DNA from: a virus | Taxonomy: Duplodnaviria; Caudoviricetes | Virus record (IMG/VR): IMGVR_UViG_3300028284_000020 | Location: 1-32,356 of that record | DNA: 32,356 bases | Reading direction: 5' to 3' (one strand) | Shown: piece after piece, positions 17,744 through 27,524 of the stretch | Layout: the number at the start of each line of letters is the position of its first letter | Numbering within the stretch: position 1 is the first letter of the stretch | The notes under the pieces: model-generated | Seen by the model: only the letters and a program-made list of their open reading frames with translations | Told to the model about the DNA's origin: nothing | The model's database searches: none | Translations under genes and position numbers: made by a program

Positions 17744-20028
17744 TGTCGGTTATTAAAGTTTTAAAGTCAGATGGGTCAAAGGTCGATATAGAACTCCACA
17801 AAATTCACAAGATGGTAGAGAAAGCCTGTAAAGATATTACAGGTGTTTCTGAATCTATGGTAGAGATGAATAGTGGACTACAGTTTTATGATGGGATTAC
17901 AACAAAAGATGTACAAAGTATACTAGTAAAATCTGCAAGTGATTTGATATCACTTGAAAATCCAAACTACCAATTTGTTGCAGCCAGACTGTTACTCTTT
18001 GGAGTACAGAAAGTAGTGTTCAATACCAAATGGAAGGACAGTGAAATCTATCCACCACTTGGTGATATTATTGATAGGAATATCAAACAGGGTGTGTACG
18101 ATAAAGACATTCTTAATCACTACTCAAAAGAACAGATTGCAGAGTGCAACAAATACATCAGACATAACCGTGACTTAACTTTTACCTATGCAGGTCTACA
18201 ACAGATTGTGGACAAGTACCTAGTACAAGACAGAAGTAACGGAGAGATATTTGAAACACCTCAGTTCATGTATATGTTAATTGCAATGACACTGTTTAAG
18301 TCATATGGAGAGAATAGAATTGAATACATCAGAAAGTATTACGATGCAATATCCCAGTACAAGATTAACATTCCAACACCCATTATGGCAGGAGTGCGTA
18401 CACCCTTACGGCAGTTCGCATCATGTGTACTCGTTGATTCAGCAGATTCCCTCGATTCAATCTTTTCGAGTGACATGGCAATCGGAAGATATGTTGCACA
18501 AAGAGCTGGTATTGGAATTAATGCAGGAAGAATACGAGGACTTGGTTCAAAGATTCGTGGTGGAGAAGTACAACACACTGGTGTGATACCTTTCCTTAAG
18601 AAGTTTGAATCAACAGTAAGAAGTTGTACTCAGAACGGAGTTAGAGGTGGAAGTGCAACAGTACATTTCCCAATATGGCACCAAGAGATAAGAGACATCC
18701 TTGTACTCAAAAACAACAAGGGAACTGAAGATAATAGAGTAAGAAAACTGGATTACAGTATTCAGATATCAAAACTATTCTATGAAAGATTTATGAAGAA
18801 CGAGGACATTACATTGTTCTCACCACATGATGCACCAAAGTTATATGATGCATTTGGAACCGATGAGTTTGACGAATTATACGAAAGGTATGAACGTAAA
18901 AGTAGTGTTCCAAAGATGAAGATATCTGCTAGAGAATTGTTTACGGACTTATTAAAAGAACGTGCAGAGACAGGACGAATCTATATTATGAATATAGACC
19001 ATTGCAATTCTCACAGTAGTTTTACAGACAAGATTAACATGAGTAATCTTTGTCAAGAAATTACACTACCAACAGACCCTATTCAACATATTGATGGAGA
19101 AGGAGAGATTGCATTATGTATTCTAAGTGCAATCAATGTCGGTATAGTCAAGATGGAAGAACTTAGTGAAATGTGTGACCTTGCAGTAAGAGGACTAGAA
19201 GAGTTAATTGATTACCAAGAGTATCCAGTTGTAGCTGCAGAAAGGTCAACACTTGCAAGAAGGTCACTAGGTATTGGTTACATCGGTCTTGCACATTTCC
19301 TTGCAAAGAACAAGGTTAAGTATGATGACCCCGAAGCACATAGACTAGTGCATGAGTTATCAGAGAAGTTTCAGTACCATTTACTATGTGCATCTAATCA
19401 GATTGCATCAGAGAAGGGTGCATGTGAATATTATGACAGAACTAAGTATGCACAAGGACTGTTACCTATTGACCACTATAAGAAAGAGGTTGATGAAATC
19501 ACACCTAATAAATTGTTGATGGATTGGGAAGTATTGAGAACTAGAATTAAGGTTCATGGACTAAGACACTCCACCCTTACTGCACAGATGCCCTCTGAGA
19601 GTTCCTCAGTGGTCTCTAATGCAACGAATGGGATTGAACCACCAAGAGACTACCTTAGTGTTAAGAAGTCTAAGAAGGGTACATTGAAACAAGTAGTACC
19701 CCAGTATTCCATGTTAAAGAGTCATTACACTCTATTATGGGATATGCCAAATAATGATGGATATATCAAAGTAGCTGCAGTGATGCAGAAGTTCTTTGAC
19801 CAAGCAATCAGTGGTAACTGGTCGTATAATCCTGAGAACTATGAAAACGGAGAAGTACCAGTATCAGTAATGGCGAAAGATATGTTGAACACTTACAAAT
19901 ATGGTTGGAAGACATCATATTACCAAAATACTATGGATGGGAAGACAGAGGATGTCGTTAAAGATGAACCCTTACCACAAGGTGAGATTATAGATGATGG
20001 GGAAGACTGCGATGCCTGTGCGATATAA
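17740..20028 (+). CDS. nrdA: Class Ia ribonucleotide reductase alpha subunit
   Basis: N-terminal ATP cone, PTPIMAG, QFASCVL, SNLCQEI, MPSESSS, KTSYY and C-terminal CDAC. Confidence 0.98.
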   Translation: MMSVIKVLKSDGSKVDIELHKIHKMVEKACKDITGVSESMVEMNSGLQFYDGITTKDVQSILVKSASDLISLENPNYQFVAARLLLFGVQKVVFNTKWKDSEIYPPLGDIIDRNIKQGVYDKDILNHYSKEQIAECNKYIRHNRDLTFTYAGLQQIVDKYLVQDRSNGEIFETPQFMYMLIAMTLFKSYGENRIEYIRKYYDAISQYKINIPTPIMAGVRTPLRQFASCVLVDSADSLDSIFSSDMAIGRYVAQRAGIGINAGRIRGLGSKIRGGEVQHTGVIPFLKKFESTVRSCTQNGVRGGSATVHFPIWHQEIRDILVLKNNKGTEDNRVRKLDYSIQISKLFYERFMKNEDITLFSPHDAPKLYDAFGTDEFDELYERYERKSSVPKMKISARELFTDLLKERAETGRIYIMNIDHCNSHSSFTDKINMSNLCQEITLPTDPIQHIDGEGEIALCILSAINVGIVKMEELSEMCDLAVRGLEELIDYQEYPVVAAERSTLARRSLGIGYIGLAHFLAKNKVKYDDPEAHRLVHELSEKFQYHLLCASNQIASEKGACEYYDRTKYAQGLLPIDHYKKEVDEITPNKLLMDWEVLRTRIKVHGLRHSTLTAQMPSESSSVVSNATNGIEPPRDYLSVKKSKKGTLKQVVPQYSMLKSHYTLLWDMPNNDGYIKVAAVMQKFFDQAISGNWSYNPENYENGEVPVSVMAKDMLNTYKYGWKTSYYQNTMDGKTEDVVKDEPLPQGEIIDDGEDCDACAI

Positions 20029-20935
20029 AATACAAACTATTAAACTTACAGGTGACGATAACAACTTTGCTGTAAAGACCCCTAAGAATGTAAAATTCAA
20101 AGGTGATATTAGTAAGACCACTTACGATTATATCAATAATGGATTTGCAGTTATAAGAAATGCAATCCCAAAAGAAATTATACAGTTTGCATTGGATACT
20201 TGGAAAACAATGGAACACCAACCCGAGTATAATAAATTCTTTGAACGTGAAGAGATAATTACCACAGAACATGTGCCTGATGAAAGTAAAAATAAATCCA
20301 ATGGTAATCACAATCTACCTATGGGTGTTGCTATGCAAGAACTTATGTGGGGGATACTTAAAAAGAATTTTGATTTCGATTTAATCCCAACATACTCTTA
20401 CACTAGGAAGTATGACAGAGGTGCATACCTAGGTGTACATTCAGATAGACCCGAATGTGAAGTATCAACTACTATATGTCTAGATTATAAAACAGATGAC
20501 AATAAACCATGGAAGATATGGGTAGACAATACTAAGAATTGGACAATGACCAACTGGAATGAGGATGCAAAAGCCAAGACACAAGGTATTCCAATTAGAA
20601 AAAGAAAGAGTATTGCAATTGAATTAGAGCCAGGAGACATATTATTATATCAAGGCCCAAATGTTGCACACTGGAGAGATACACTTATGGGTGATTACTC
20701 TTATCACATGTTTATTCATTTCTATATGACCAAAGGTGCAGTTGGACAAAATGTAGGAGAGGAGATGGCATACGACTGGATTGGTTCTAAATACCTTTCC
20801 ACAGAACAAAGACCTGCTGAAAAAACAAAAAGACAAATAGAGTGGAATAAAGCATATAGTATAACAAAAAACGAATCATCCGAAAATAATTTTGATGAGT
20901 ATACCACAGAGAAGATAGAAGATGACAGTATTTAA
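20012..20935 (+). CDS. 2OG-Fe(II) oxygenase between nrdA and nrdB
   Basis: PTYSYTRKY, HSDRPECEVS (HxD), LEPGDILLYQG..HWRD, MFIHF. Start 19994-20012 is uncertain. Confidence 0.85.
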   Translation: MPVRYKIQTIKLTGDDNNFAVKTPKNVKFKGDISKTTYDYINNGFAVIRNAIPKEIIQFALDTWKTMEHQPEYNKFFEREEIITTEHVPDESKNKSNGNHNLPMGVAMQELMWGILKKNFDFDLIPTYSYTRKYDRGAYLGVHSDRPECEVSTTICLDYKTDDNKPWKIWVDNTKNWTMTNWNEDAKAKTQGIPIRKRKSIAIELEPGDILLYQGPNVAHWRDTLMGDYSYHMFIHFYMTKGAVGQNVGEEMAYDWIGSKYLSTEQRPAEKTKRQIEWNKAYSITKNESSENNFDEYTTEKIEDDSI

Positions 20936-22019
20936 CAAAAAGAAAGTAAATTTTACCAAAGAGAAACTATTCTTTGGTGAACAATTGAACACTCAAAGAT
21001 TTGATGAGTTTAAGTACCCAATCTTTGACAAACTAACACAAACACAATTAGGTTTCTTTTGGAGACCTGAAGAAGTATCATTACAGAAAGATAGAGGTGA
21101 TTATCAGAAGTTATCTGAATCACAGAAACACATCTTTACATCTAATCTCAGATACCAAACACTACTAGATAGTGTTCAAGGTCGTGCTCCTGCAATTGCA
21201 TTCTTACCATTTATAACACTACCCGAATTAGAGTCATGTGTCATCACATGGGATTTCATGGAGACCATTCATTCACGAAGTTACACTCACATTATAAAGA
21301 ACATCTATAGTGACCCAAGTGATGTGTTTGATACCATCCTTAACGAACCAGCAATCATTGCTCGTGCAGAGACAGTAACGAAGAGATACGATGACTTCAT
21401 TCTCTTAGGTAGAAAACACTTGATAGGTCAGAAGGTTGATGAATACGAATTGTATAAAGCATTATACCTTGCATTGATATCAGTGAACATCTTAGAAGGA
21501 ATTAGATTCTTTGTGTCCTTTGCATGTTCATTTGCATTCGGTGAGTTGAAACTTATGGAAGGTAGTGCAAAGATTATCTCTCTTATTGCAAGGGATGAGT
21601 CACAACATCTTGCAATCACTCAACACATACTGAAGTGTTACAAGAATCAAGAGAAAGATGCATTGATGACTAAGGTCATGAAGGACTGTGAAGACGAAGT
21701 GTACGATATGTATAGAGAATCAGTAGAACAAGAGAAAGATTGGGCTGAGTTCTTATTCCAACATGGTTCTATGATTGGACTATCTACTCAGTTACTAGGT
21801 AACTATGTGGAATACACTGCAAACAAGAGATTGCGTGCAATTGGGTTAAAACCTATATATGACATCTCAAGTACAAACAACCCTTTACCATGGACTGAAC
21901 ATTGGTTCAACAGTAGAGGATTACAAAATGCACCACAAGAAACAGAGATAGAATCTTATGTAATTGGTGGTATTAAACAAGATGTAGATGATGATACCTT
22001 CAGTGGTTTCTCGTTATAA
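20922..22019 (+). CDS. nrdB: Class Ia ribonucleotide reductase beta subunit
   Basis: FFWRPEEV, DSVQGR, ETIHSRSY, EGIRF, RDESQH, APQETE..SY. Confidence 0.98.
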   Translation: MTVFNKKKVNFTKEKLFFGEQLNTQRFDEFKYPIFDKLTQTQLGFFWRPEEVSLQKDRGDYQKLSESQKHIFTSNLRYQTLLDSVQGRAPAIAFLPFITLPELESCVITWDFMETIHSRSYTHIIKNIYSDPSDVFDTILNEPAIIARAETVTKRYDDFILLGRKHLIGQKVDEYELYKALYLALISVNILEGIRFFVSFACSFAFGELKLMEGSAKIISLIARDESQHLAITQHILKCYKNQEKDALMTKVMKDCEDEVYDMYRESVEQEKDWAEFLFQHGSMIGLSTQLLGNYVEYTANKRLRAIGLKPIYDISSTNNPLPWTEHWFNSRGLQNAPQETEIESYVIGGIKQDVDDDTFSGFSL

Positions 22020-22053
22020 ATAACAGTACAATTCTTAAAGGAGAACAAAAGAA

Positions 22054-22239
22054 ATGCCAAATGTAATTAAAGATGAAACCACACGAAAAGTCTATAAACT
22101 AATAGATGATGTGTTAAATGAGTGCGCACTCATCAATGCGACAAAGAACGAATGGGATTCAGAAAATTACACTCCGTGTGATTTATCAGATGGTCTAACT
22201 AATTATGACCATGTCCGATTTAACCTAGAAAATATGTAA
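22054..22239 (+). CDS. Hypothetical protein
   Basis: AAGGAG RBS. TATAAATA at 22015-22022. Confidence 0.65.
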   Translation: MPNVIKDETTRKVYKLIDDVLNECALINATKNEWDSENYTPCDLSDGLTNYDHVRFNLENM

Positions 22240-22255
22240 TATTGAGGAATATATT

Positions 22256-22807
22256 ATGAAAAGAGTAATTGAAATTTTCGGTAAAACCGATTGTCCAAAC
22301 TGTACAAAAGCTAAAGCATTCTGTGAAAAGAATTCTCTAGAATTTGACTATGGTATTTTGGACGAACACTTCACTAAAGAAGAACTCCTGCAGGAGTTTC
22401 CAACTGCAAAAAGTATGCCACAAATCAGAGTTATCACAGACGATGTGATTGAAAATCTTGAAGGATATGATGGATTAGTCTCATGGTTTGCTGATAACTT
22501 GACTGTCTTAGCCCAAAAACAAAAAGTTCTACAAGATGAACAAAGTAGTGGTATGGAAGGACTGAATTTTCCTCCCAGTGCCGATAACCCACCTGCTCAA
22601 GGGGGAAAACATACTGGTGTTGAACTTAAACACATGTCAGATGGTACCCAAATTGGTTACAAAGTTAAACATGGTATTCTCCTTCAAAACAGTTGGCAAG
22701 AAGATGAAGATGGTAGACCCTTTTGGGATGCAGAGACATGGGTTAAAGTTGACCTAGATGACGGTGTCTATAACTATGAGATGTTATTAGAAAACTGGGA
22801 AGACTAG
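22256..22807 (+). CDS. Glutaredoxin (NrdC/NrdH-like) with an unknown C-terminal extension
   Basis: CPNC active site, SMPQI cis-Pro loop, GYD. Located after nrdAB. Confidence 0.85.
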   Translation: MKRVIEIFGKTDCPNCTKAKAFCEKNSLEFDYGILDEHFTKEELLQEFPTAKSMPQIRVITDDVIENLEGYDGLVSWFADNLTVLAQKQKVLQDEQSSGMEGLNFPPSADNPPAQGGKHTGVELKHMSDGTQIGYKVKHGILLQNSWQEDEDGRPFWDAETWVKVDLDDGVYNYEMLLENWED

Positions 22808-22808
22808 T

Positions 22809-23057
22809 GTGGAGTACCACCTTTATCTAAACAACCCCAATTTGGAGACTGTTGAAGACATAAGGTACACTCATGTTTTTAAGAAGATTCCAATGGAGTT
22901 TAATTTAGTAAGGAAGTACTACGCAGGGTTAGATGTCCCCTATAAAGACATCAAAGACCCACTACCTTATGTCACTAAAGATGGTAAGGTATTGGAGTTT
23001 AGTGATTTTTATGAAGAAATAATAGGAGTACCACTTGAAAGTACACATAGTATGTGA
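22809..23057 (+). CDS. Hypothetical protein
   Basis: GTG start immediately after the glutaredoxin stop. Confidence 0.55.
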   Translation: MEYHLYLNNPNLETVEDIRYTHVFKKIPMEFNLVRKYYAGLDVPYKDIKDPLPYVTKDGKVLEFSDFYEEIIGVPLESTHSM

Positions 23058-23187
23058 ATCATGTTATTCACAAGCCGTAGTTCAATACAGTATGGATGAT
23101 GACATCTATGAGGTCAATCAGTGTCCATTTTGTGGAGAAGATATTGACCCCGAACATGTAGAAGAACTAGTAGAAGACGATGACTAA
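23035..23187 (+). CDS. 50-aa zinc-ribbon protein missing from the ORF track
   Basis: TTG start with AGGAG RBS. CESC..CPFCG and an acidic tail. Confidence 0.75.
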   Translation: MKVHIVCESCYSQAVVQYSMDDDIYEVNQCPFCGEDIDPEHVEELVEDDD

Positions 23188-23332
23188 CCAATGGCACGGT
23201 GGAAAGGGGTCAAAGAGACGTAACGCTGATGATAAGAAATATGCATCAAATTGGGACTTAATCTTTGGTAATAAGGGTCAAAAGCCCGATAATAAGGACA
23301 AAAAAGAGGTGAAAGGGGTCGAAAAGAGTTGA
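23180..23332 (+). CDS. 50-aa basic peptide missing from the ORF track (MTNQWHGGKGSKRR...YASNWDLIFG)
   Basis: Overlaps the previous stop. GGKGS.RR...NWD.IF resembles small proteins of aquatic phages. Confidence 0.7.
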   Translation: MTNQWHGGKGSKRRNADDKKYASNWDLIFGNKGQKPDNKDKKEVKGVEKS

Positions 23333-23358
23333 CAATGACCCCCATAAAGTGAGATAAT
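23329..23358 (+). promoter_or_regulatory. Early sigma70-type promoter
   Basis: TTGACA-N18-GATAAT with extended -10 TG. Confidence 0.7.
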
Positions 23359-23392
23359 GACTGTATCAAGAATAGAGAGAGAATCAATACCG

Positions 23393-23803
23393 ATGATTAA
23401 TATCTACCTTACAGGTCAAATTGCTCAAAAAAGACGTATTAACACATACGTCCGTTCCATCCTAACCTACCTAATGCCACGACTTCGAAGAGACATTGAT
23501 ATATACATCAATGTCACTAAGGAATGTGATGATGGTGCATACGGACTCTGTTGGGGAGACCGTAACGAGGTTGAGATACACCTCTCAAGAGAGACACAAG
23601 GTGTCAAAATACCCCTTGAAGAGATGATGCAAACACTTGCTCATGAACTAGTCCATGCAAAACAATTCATCAAGGGAGACCTATCTCCAATGATGCGAAA
23701 CTACAAAACTGTCTACCATGCAAAGACCCCCTATAGTCGTCAACCATGGGAACTAGAAGCCTATCGTAAAGAAGAGAGATTATTGCAGACTTTTTGGTTG
23801 TAA
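23393..23803 (+). CDS. Zn metallopeptidase-like protein (HExxH)
   Basis: TLAHELVHAKQ..PWELEAY. Start 23393 lies downstream of the promoter. Confidence 0.8.
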   Translation: MINIYLTGQIAQKRRINTYVRSILTYLMPRLRRDIDIYINVTKECDDGAYGLCWGDRNEVEIHLSRETQGVKIPLEEMMQTLAHELVHAKQFIKGDLSPMMRNYKTVYHAKTPYSRQPWELEAYRKEERLLQTFWL

Positions 23804-23807
23804 AAAC

Positions 23808-23837
23808 TTGACAATGACCCCTATTTTCTGTTATACT
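23808..23837 (+). promoter_or_regulatory. Early sigma70-type promoter
   Basis: TTGACA-N18-TATACT with TG extension. Shares TTGACAATGACCCC with the 23329 promoter. Confidence 0.8.
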
Positions 23838-23872
23838 ATGTATATAATGAGAAATCAAAGAGGAAAATCAAT

Positions 23873-24391
23873 ATGTTAAACCTAATAATTCAAACCCAAT
23901 ACAAAGAAAACTATGCAGCTCATAATGAAGATTATGAACATGGTGTTTCAGAACCATATTGGAAGTTTAAAGGTGGTTCATCATATCTGATTACAGATAT
24001 AGATTTCGTTAACACTGAGTACCTTGAAGGTCTTGTCGAAGAGACTGCATTCATCCACTCGTATGAGAATCCTGCATCTATGGAATATGTCCTAGATTGG
24101 GAACTGATTGACGAAGAGAATTTGTCAGACCACATTGAAGAGTGGGAGACTCCTTACCTTCTTGAGAAGAATGAGAAGGGTCAGTGGACTTCTAAGAAAG
24201 TCACTGAGAATGGTGACATGGGTTACATGAGAGACGGAATTCTTTCTAGGGTTCAAGTTTGGACTTATGAGTCTAGTGGAACAAGAGATGTTGAGAGTTA
24301 CCATGTTGAGTACATCATGGTGGATGGAAGTAAATGTCTATCCGATGAAGCTCTCGGACAATGGTTCAAAACAAGAGAATTGGTTGCATAA
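23873..24391 (+). CDS. Hypothetical acidic early protein (I.TQY.ENY.AH...YWKFKGG)
   Basis: GAGG RBS. 172-aa ORF. Confidence 0.8.
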   Translation: MLNLIIQTQYKENYAAHNEDYEHGVSEPYWKFKGGSSYLITDIDFVNTEYLEGLVEETAFIHSYENPASMEYVLDWELIDEENLSDHIEEWETPYLLEKNEKGQWTSKKVTENGDMGYMRDGILSRVQVWTYESSGTRDVESYHVEYIMVDGSKCLSDEALGQWFKTRELVA

Positions 24392-24396
24392 AACAC

Positions 24397-24426
24397 TTGA
24401 CAGTGCGTGTCATTTAATGGTATACT
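24397..24426 (+). promoter_or_regulatory. Early sigma70-type promoter
   Basis: TTGACA-N18-TATACT with TG extension. Confidence 0.8.
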
Positions 24427-24432
24427 TACAGT

Positions 24433-24930
24433 ATGGAAAATAAACAAATAAAGAGAATATTCTTAGACATGGACGGAGTCCTTGCCGACTTCAATACAGG
24501 AGTCGAAACACTTACAGGAACACCTTTCCCAAATACTCTTCAAGGTCACAATGACTATGATGAGAGAAAGGAAGAGTTAACTAACAAGAGATTGTTCAGA
24601 CACTTACCACCTATGGAAGATATGCACGACTTGGTTGGGTATGTCAGACATACAGGACTTCCTTGGGAAATCCTAACTGCAGCTGGTACAGTGAACAGAG
24701 AGTTAGTGGTTTGGGACAAACAAGAATGGATTAAGGAACATGTGAGTCCTACTGTTGTTGTTACTTGCACCATGACAGGAAGTCAGAAAGGTATGTTCGC
24801 AATAGAGGGAAGTGTCCTCGTTGATGACAGACAGAAAAACCTTGATGCATGGGTTGAACATGGTGGAATAGGAATACTACACACGAGTGCAGAAGATACC
24901 ATCAACCAGTTAAAAGAGTTAAGAAGTTAG
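24433..24930 (+). CDS. HAD-family 5'(3')-deoxyribonucleotidase-like protein
   Basis: FLDMDGVLADF, ILTA, K..W, LVDDR..N...W...GG.GILH. Confidence 0.88.
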   Translation: MENKQIKRIFLDMDGVLADFNTGVETLTGTPFPNTLQGHNDYDERKEELTNKRLFRHLPPMEDMHDLVGYVRHTGLPWEILTAAGTVNRELVVWDKQEWIKEHVSPTVVVTCTMTGSQKGMFAIEGSVLVDDRQKNLDAWVEHGGIGILHTSAEDTINQLKELRS

Positions 24931-24955
24931 GGAATTTCATTTTTTATACCTAACG

Positions 24956-24982
24956 ACCCCAATTACGATTGGGGTTTTTTTT
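24956..24982 (+). terminator. Intrinsic terminator
   Basis: ACCCCAAT-TACG-ATTGGGGT followed by a T run. Confidence 0.9.
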
Positions 24983-25021
24983 ACCTGTTTTTGTATTCAA
25001 AAATAAACACTAAATAATACT

Positions 25022-25624
25022 ATGGAACAAACTGAATTTAAAACTGAATATCTAGGAGACCACATATGGTTGTATCCTGCAAAGATACCTGCAGAAATAT
25101 GTGATGCCACCATACGACAGTTCGATAACTATGAACAACTCGGTTTTACTGACTCAAGAGGCCCTCATAGGCGTCACTCGGTCGAAGACCGTTCATTGAA
25201 TCTTGAAAGCTTCACAAAAAATCACATGGAAGAATATCCATTTCAAGGTGAAGAAATAGTTCCTTTCTTAACTGATACACTTAAACATGAATGCATACCT
25301 CACTATACAGACCTACAAGGACTAAAAGACGATGAGTTAGGAGTGTTTGAAGGAAAGATACAGAAGACTCAACCCACTGAAGGTTTTCATACATGGCACT
25401 GGGAACGTGCTAAGACTAAAAATTATAGAGTATTGGTATGGACTATATTTTTAAATGATGTAGAAGATGGGGGTGAGATGGAATTCAAACACCAATCACT
25501 TAGGATATCCCCAAAACAGGGAGATGTTCTTATCTGGCCTGCAGGGTTCACACATACACACAGAGGTAACCCACCTCTAAAAAGTAACAAATATATCGTT
25601 ACAGGATGGATTAATTATGTCTAA
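25022..25624 (+). CDS. 2OG-Fe(II) oxygenase (prolyl-hydroxylase-like)
   Basis: GFHTWHWE, FLNDVEDGGE, IWPAGFTHTHRG, KYIVTGW. Confidence 0.92.
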   Translation: MEQTEFKTEYLGDHIWLYPAKIPAEICDATIRQFDNYEQLGFTDSRGPHRRHSVEDRSLNLESFTKNHMEEYPFQGEEIVPFLTDTLKHECIPHYTDLQGLKDDELGVFEGKIQKTQPTEGFHTWHWERAKTKNYRVLVWTIFLNDVEDGGEMEFKHQSLRISPKQGDVLIWPAGFTHTHRGNPPLKSNKYIVTGWINYV

Positions 25625-25877
25625 ATTATCAAGAGTCAAAGGATTCTTCGGTAGGGTATGGACAGGTTTTAAGAACCTATTCAAGACCAAATACCAAATC
25701 ACAATATATCGTCAATCAGACTCGGGTTCGGGTGCGATGTACAAATCGGAATATATTTCTAGGAATATATCTATTAATAAACCCAAACACCTCAAGTTCA
25801 GAGATTACGAGACCAAGAATATGGTCGAAATTCGTTCTGTTAAAGGACTTGAAGTTAAAATCGTGGAGGTAGATTAA
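25617..25877 (+). CDS. Hypothetical protein
   Basis: Overlaps both neighbours. Basic amphipathic N-terminus. Confidence 0.7.
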   Translation: MSKLSRVKGFFGRVWTGFKNLFKTKYQITIYRQSDSGSGAMYKSEYISRNISINKPKHLKFRDYETKNMVEIRSVKGLEVKIVEVD

Positions 25878-26257
25878 TGAATCAATTATTAATCGGTGTC
25901 ATAGTCGTGCTTGGAATGGGAGGATACTTCCTTTATCAAGAGAACATAACCCTCACTGCAAATAACATTAAGTTAGAGAGTGCAGTAGAGGAACAGAAAG
26001 AGACTCTTAGAGTTGTACAGGAGAGTTTTGAGAAGCAATCAAAGTCCTTACAAAACATGAGTCGTAGAAACAATGAGATAGAACAGGAGAAGTCAAGGTA
26101 CTTAGAGATTCTATCAAAACACAATTTTGAGAGACTGGCACAAGTCAAACCAGGCCTTATGGAACTCAGATTTAACAAAGGAACGGTTGACGTATTGGAG
26201 GGAATAGAAGATGACACTAAGAACATTAGCAATCTTGACACTAGCACTAACGATTAG
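25877..26257 (+). CDS. Putative i-spanin (Rz-like)
   Basis: N-terminal TM plus coiled coil. GGAGG RBS. Overlaps a downstream lipoprotein gene. Confidence 0.75.
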   Translation: MNQLLIGVIVVLGMGGYFLYQENITLTANNIKLESAVEEQKETLRVVQESFEKQSKSLQNMSRRNNEIEQEKSRYLEILSKHNFERLAQVKPGLMELRFNKGTVDVLEGIEDDTKNISNLDTSTND

Positions 26258-26693
26258 TGGGTGTTCATTATTTGGAACAAAAAACATAGAGGTTGTATCA
26301 AAACCTATAGAGATAGAAATTATCCAACCAGTCTTACCAAGACCATTAGACCTTACTGCACCAAAATGGTTTGTAGTATCAGAAGCAAAAATTGCAAACA
26401 ACTGTAAGAAGGTAGAAGACAAAAGACCAAAGACTTGTGCATTAGAGGACAGAGAGAATCCCGAGTGGCCAGTTGGTTACACTTACCTTGATAAGTTCAT
26501 CGATGAGATGAAGAAACAGAATAGTGGTGACGTAGTATTTGTTGCAACAACTGTTGGTGACTATAAGATTATGATTCAGAACAATCAAGAACTCAGACGT
26601 TACATTCAACAGATGGGTGAAGTCGTGGTTTACTATAGAAATGTAACCATCAAAGACCAACCAGCAATTGGAGCCAAGGTAGAGGTCAAATAA
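26211..26693 (+). CDS. Putative o-spanin lipoprotein (Rz1-like)
   Basis: Signal peptide with lipobox LTISG-C and a Pro-rich segment (QPVLPRPL). GGAGG upstream. Confidence 0.75.
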   Translation: MTLRTLAILTLALTISGCSLFGTKNIEVVSKPIEIEIIQPVLPRPLDLTAPKWFVVSEAKIANNCKKVEDKRPKTCALEDRENPEWPVGYTYLDKFIDEMKKQNSGDVVFVATTVGDYKIMIQNNQELRRYIQQMGEVVVYYRNVTIKDQPAIGAKVEVK

Positions 26694-26711
26694 ACGACCC
26701 TAAATAATATT

Positions 26712-27524
26712 ATGAAAAGAGTGAAAAGTACTGTAGGTATTGACAACATCCCATCAATGGGGATGAGATACCAACCCATAGAGATGAACACACTTTCGGT
26801 GTTTCCGATAAACATACATCGTGCTCAACTAAAATTACCTTTTGAAAATATCATTACAGATATTCGTAATGAAGTTGAAAAGATGTTAGAACTCCAAGGG
26901 GATGAAGACCGAAAAAACTACACTAATTACTTTGATGAGAATGTCCGACAGACATTTGCAGAGAAAGATTGGATGTCATCTATTGTGACCCAACTTAAGG
27001 ATACTTATGTAGAACTTATGGGTTCGGGATATAGTAACAAACAGGTGTATGATTGTACTAGAGATGAGATAGACTGTTTTATATGGGTCAATCGATATCA
27101 ATCAGAACATAGTCATTCACGACACAATCATAAAGGGTCAACAATGAGTGGAACTCTCTACATTAAAGTAGATGAAGACACTTCTCCTATTATGTTTCAG
27201 AACCCCAATGAACCTAGAAATTTCATCTTTGATAACAGAGATGAAATGCATCGAAGACACCCTGAAGATATTGACCATCAATGTCAACAAATTGAATACT
27301 TGGGTACTAGATTTTCAACTAATCAGATAATATATCATCCAGTTGCAGGTGAAGTGTTGATATGGCCTTCGTGGTTGGAACATGAAGTACCGAAAGGTGA
27401 ACATGACAATGACTATGAAAGGATATCCATATCATTTAATTTGACACATACAAAAAGGTTTAAAGACAACTCACCCCCTTTTAACTATAAACAAATACAA
27501 CCATTAGGGGACAGTAATGGGTAA
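26712..27524 (+). CDS. 2OG-Fe(II) oxygenase (TIGR02466-like)
   Basis: WVNRY..HNH..SGTLY..G.VLIWPSWLEHEV..RISISFN. Confidence 0.88.
   Translation: MKRVKSTVGIDNIPSMGMRYQPIEMNTLSVFPINIHRAQLKLPFENIITDIRNEVEKMLELQGDEDRKNYTNYFDENVRQTFAEKDWMSSIVTQLKDTYVELMGSGYSNKQVYDCTRDEIDCFIWVNRYQSEHSHSRHNHKGSTMSGTLYIKVDEDTSPIMFQNPNEPRNFIFDNRDEMHRRHPEDIDHQCQQIEYLGTRFSTNQIIYHPVAGEVLIWPSWLEHEVPKGEHDNDYERISISFNLTHTKRFKDNSPPFNYKQIQPLGDSNG

Noticed and set aside
13377-18586. Same-strand nested ORFs 13377-13649 and 18305-18586
   Set aside because: They are alternative frames inside the diiron gene and nrdA, with no RBS or recognisable features.
17740-22019. Introns, inteins or a homing endonuclease in or between nrdA and nrdB
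   Set aside because: Both genes are continuous and of normal length. The intervening gene has 2OG-oxygenase motifs, not nuclease motifs.
23188-23330. Apparent non-coding gap with a repeated GAAAGGGGTC, considered as an ncRNA
   Set aside because: It is explained by a 50-aa ORF (23180-23332) running into the next promoter.
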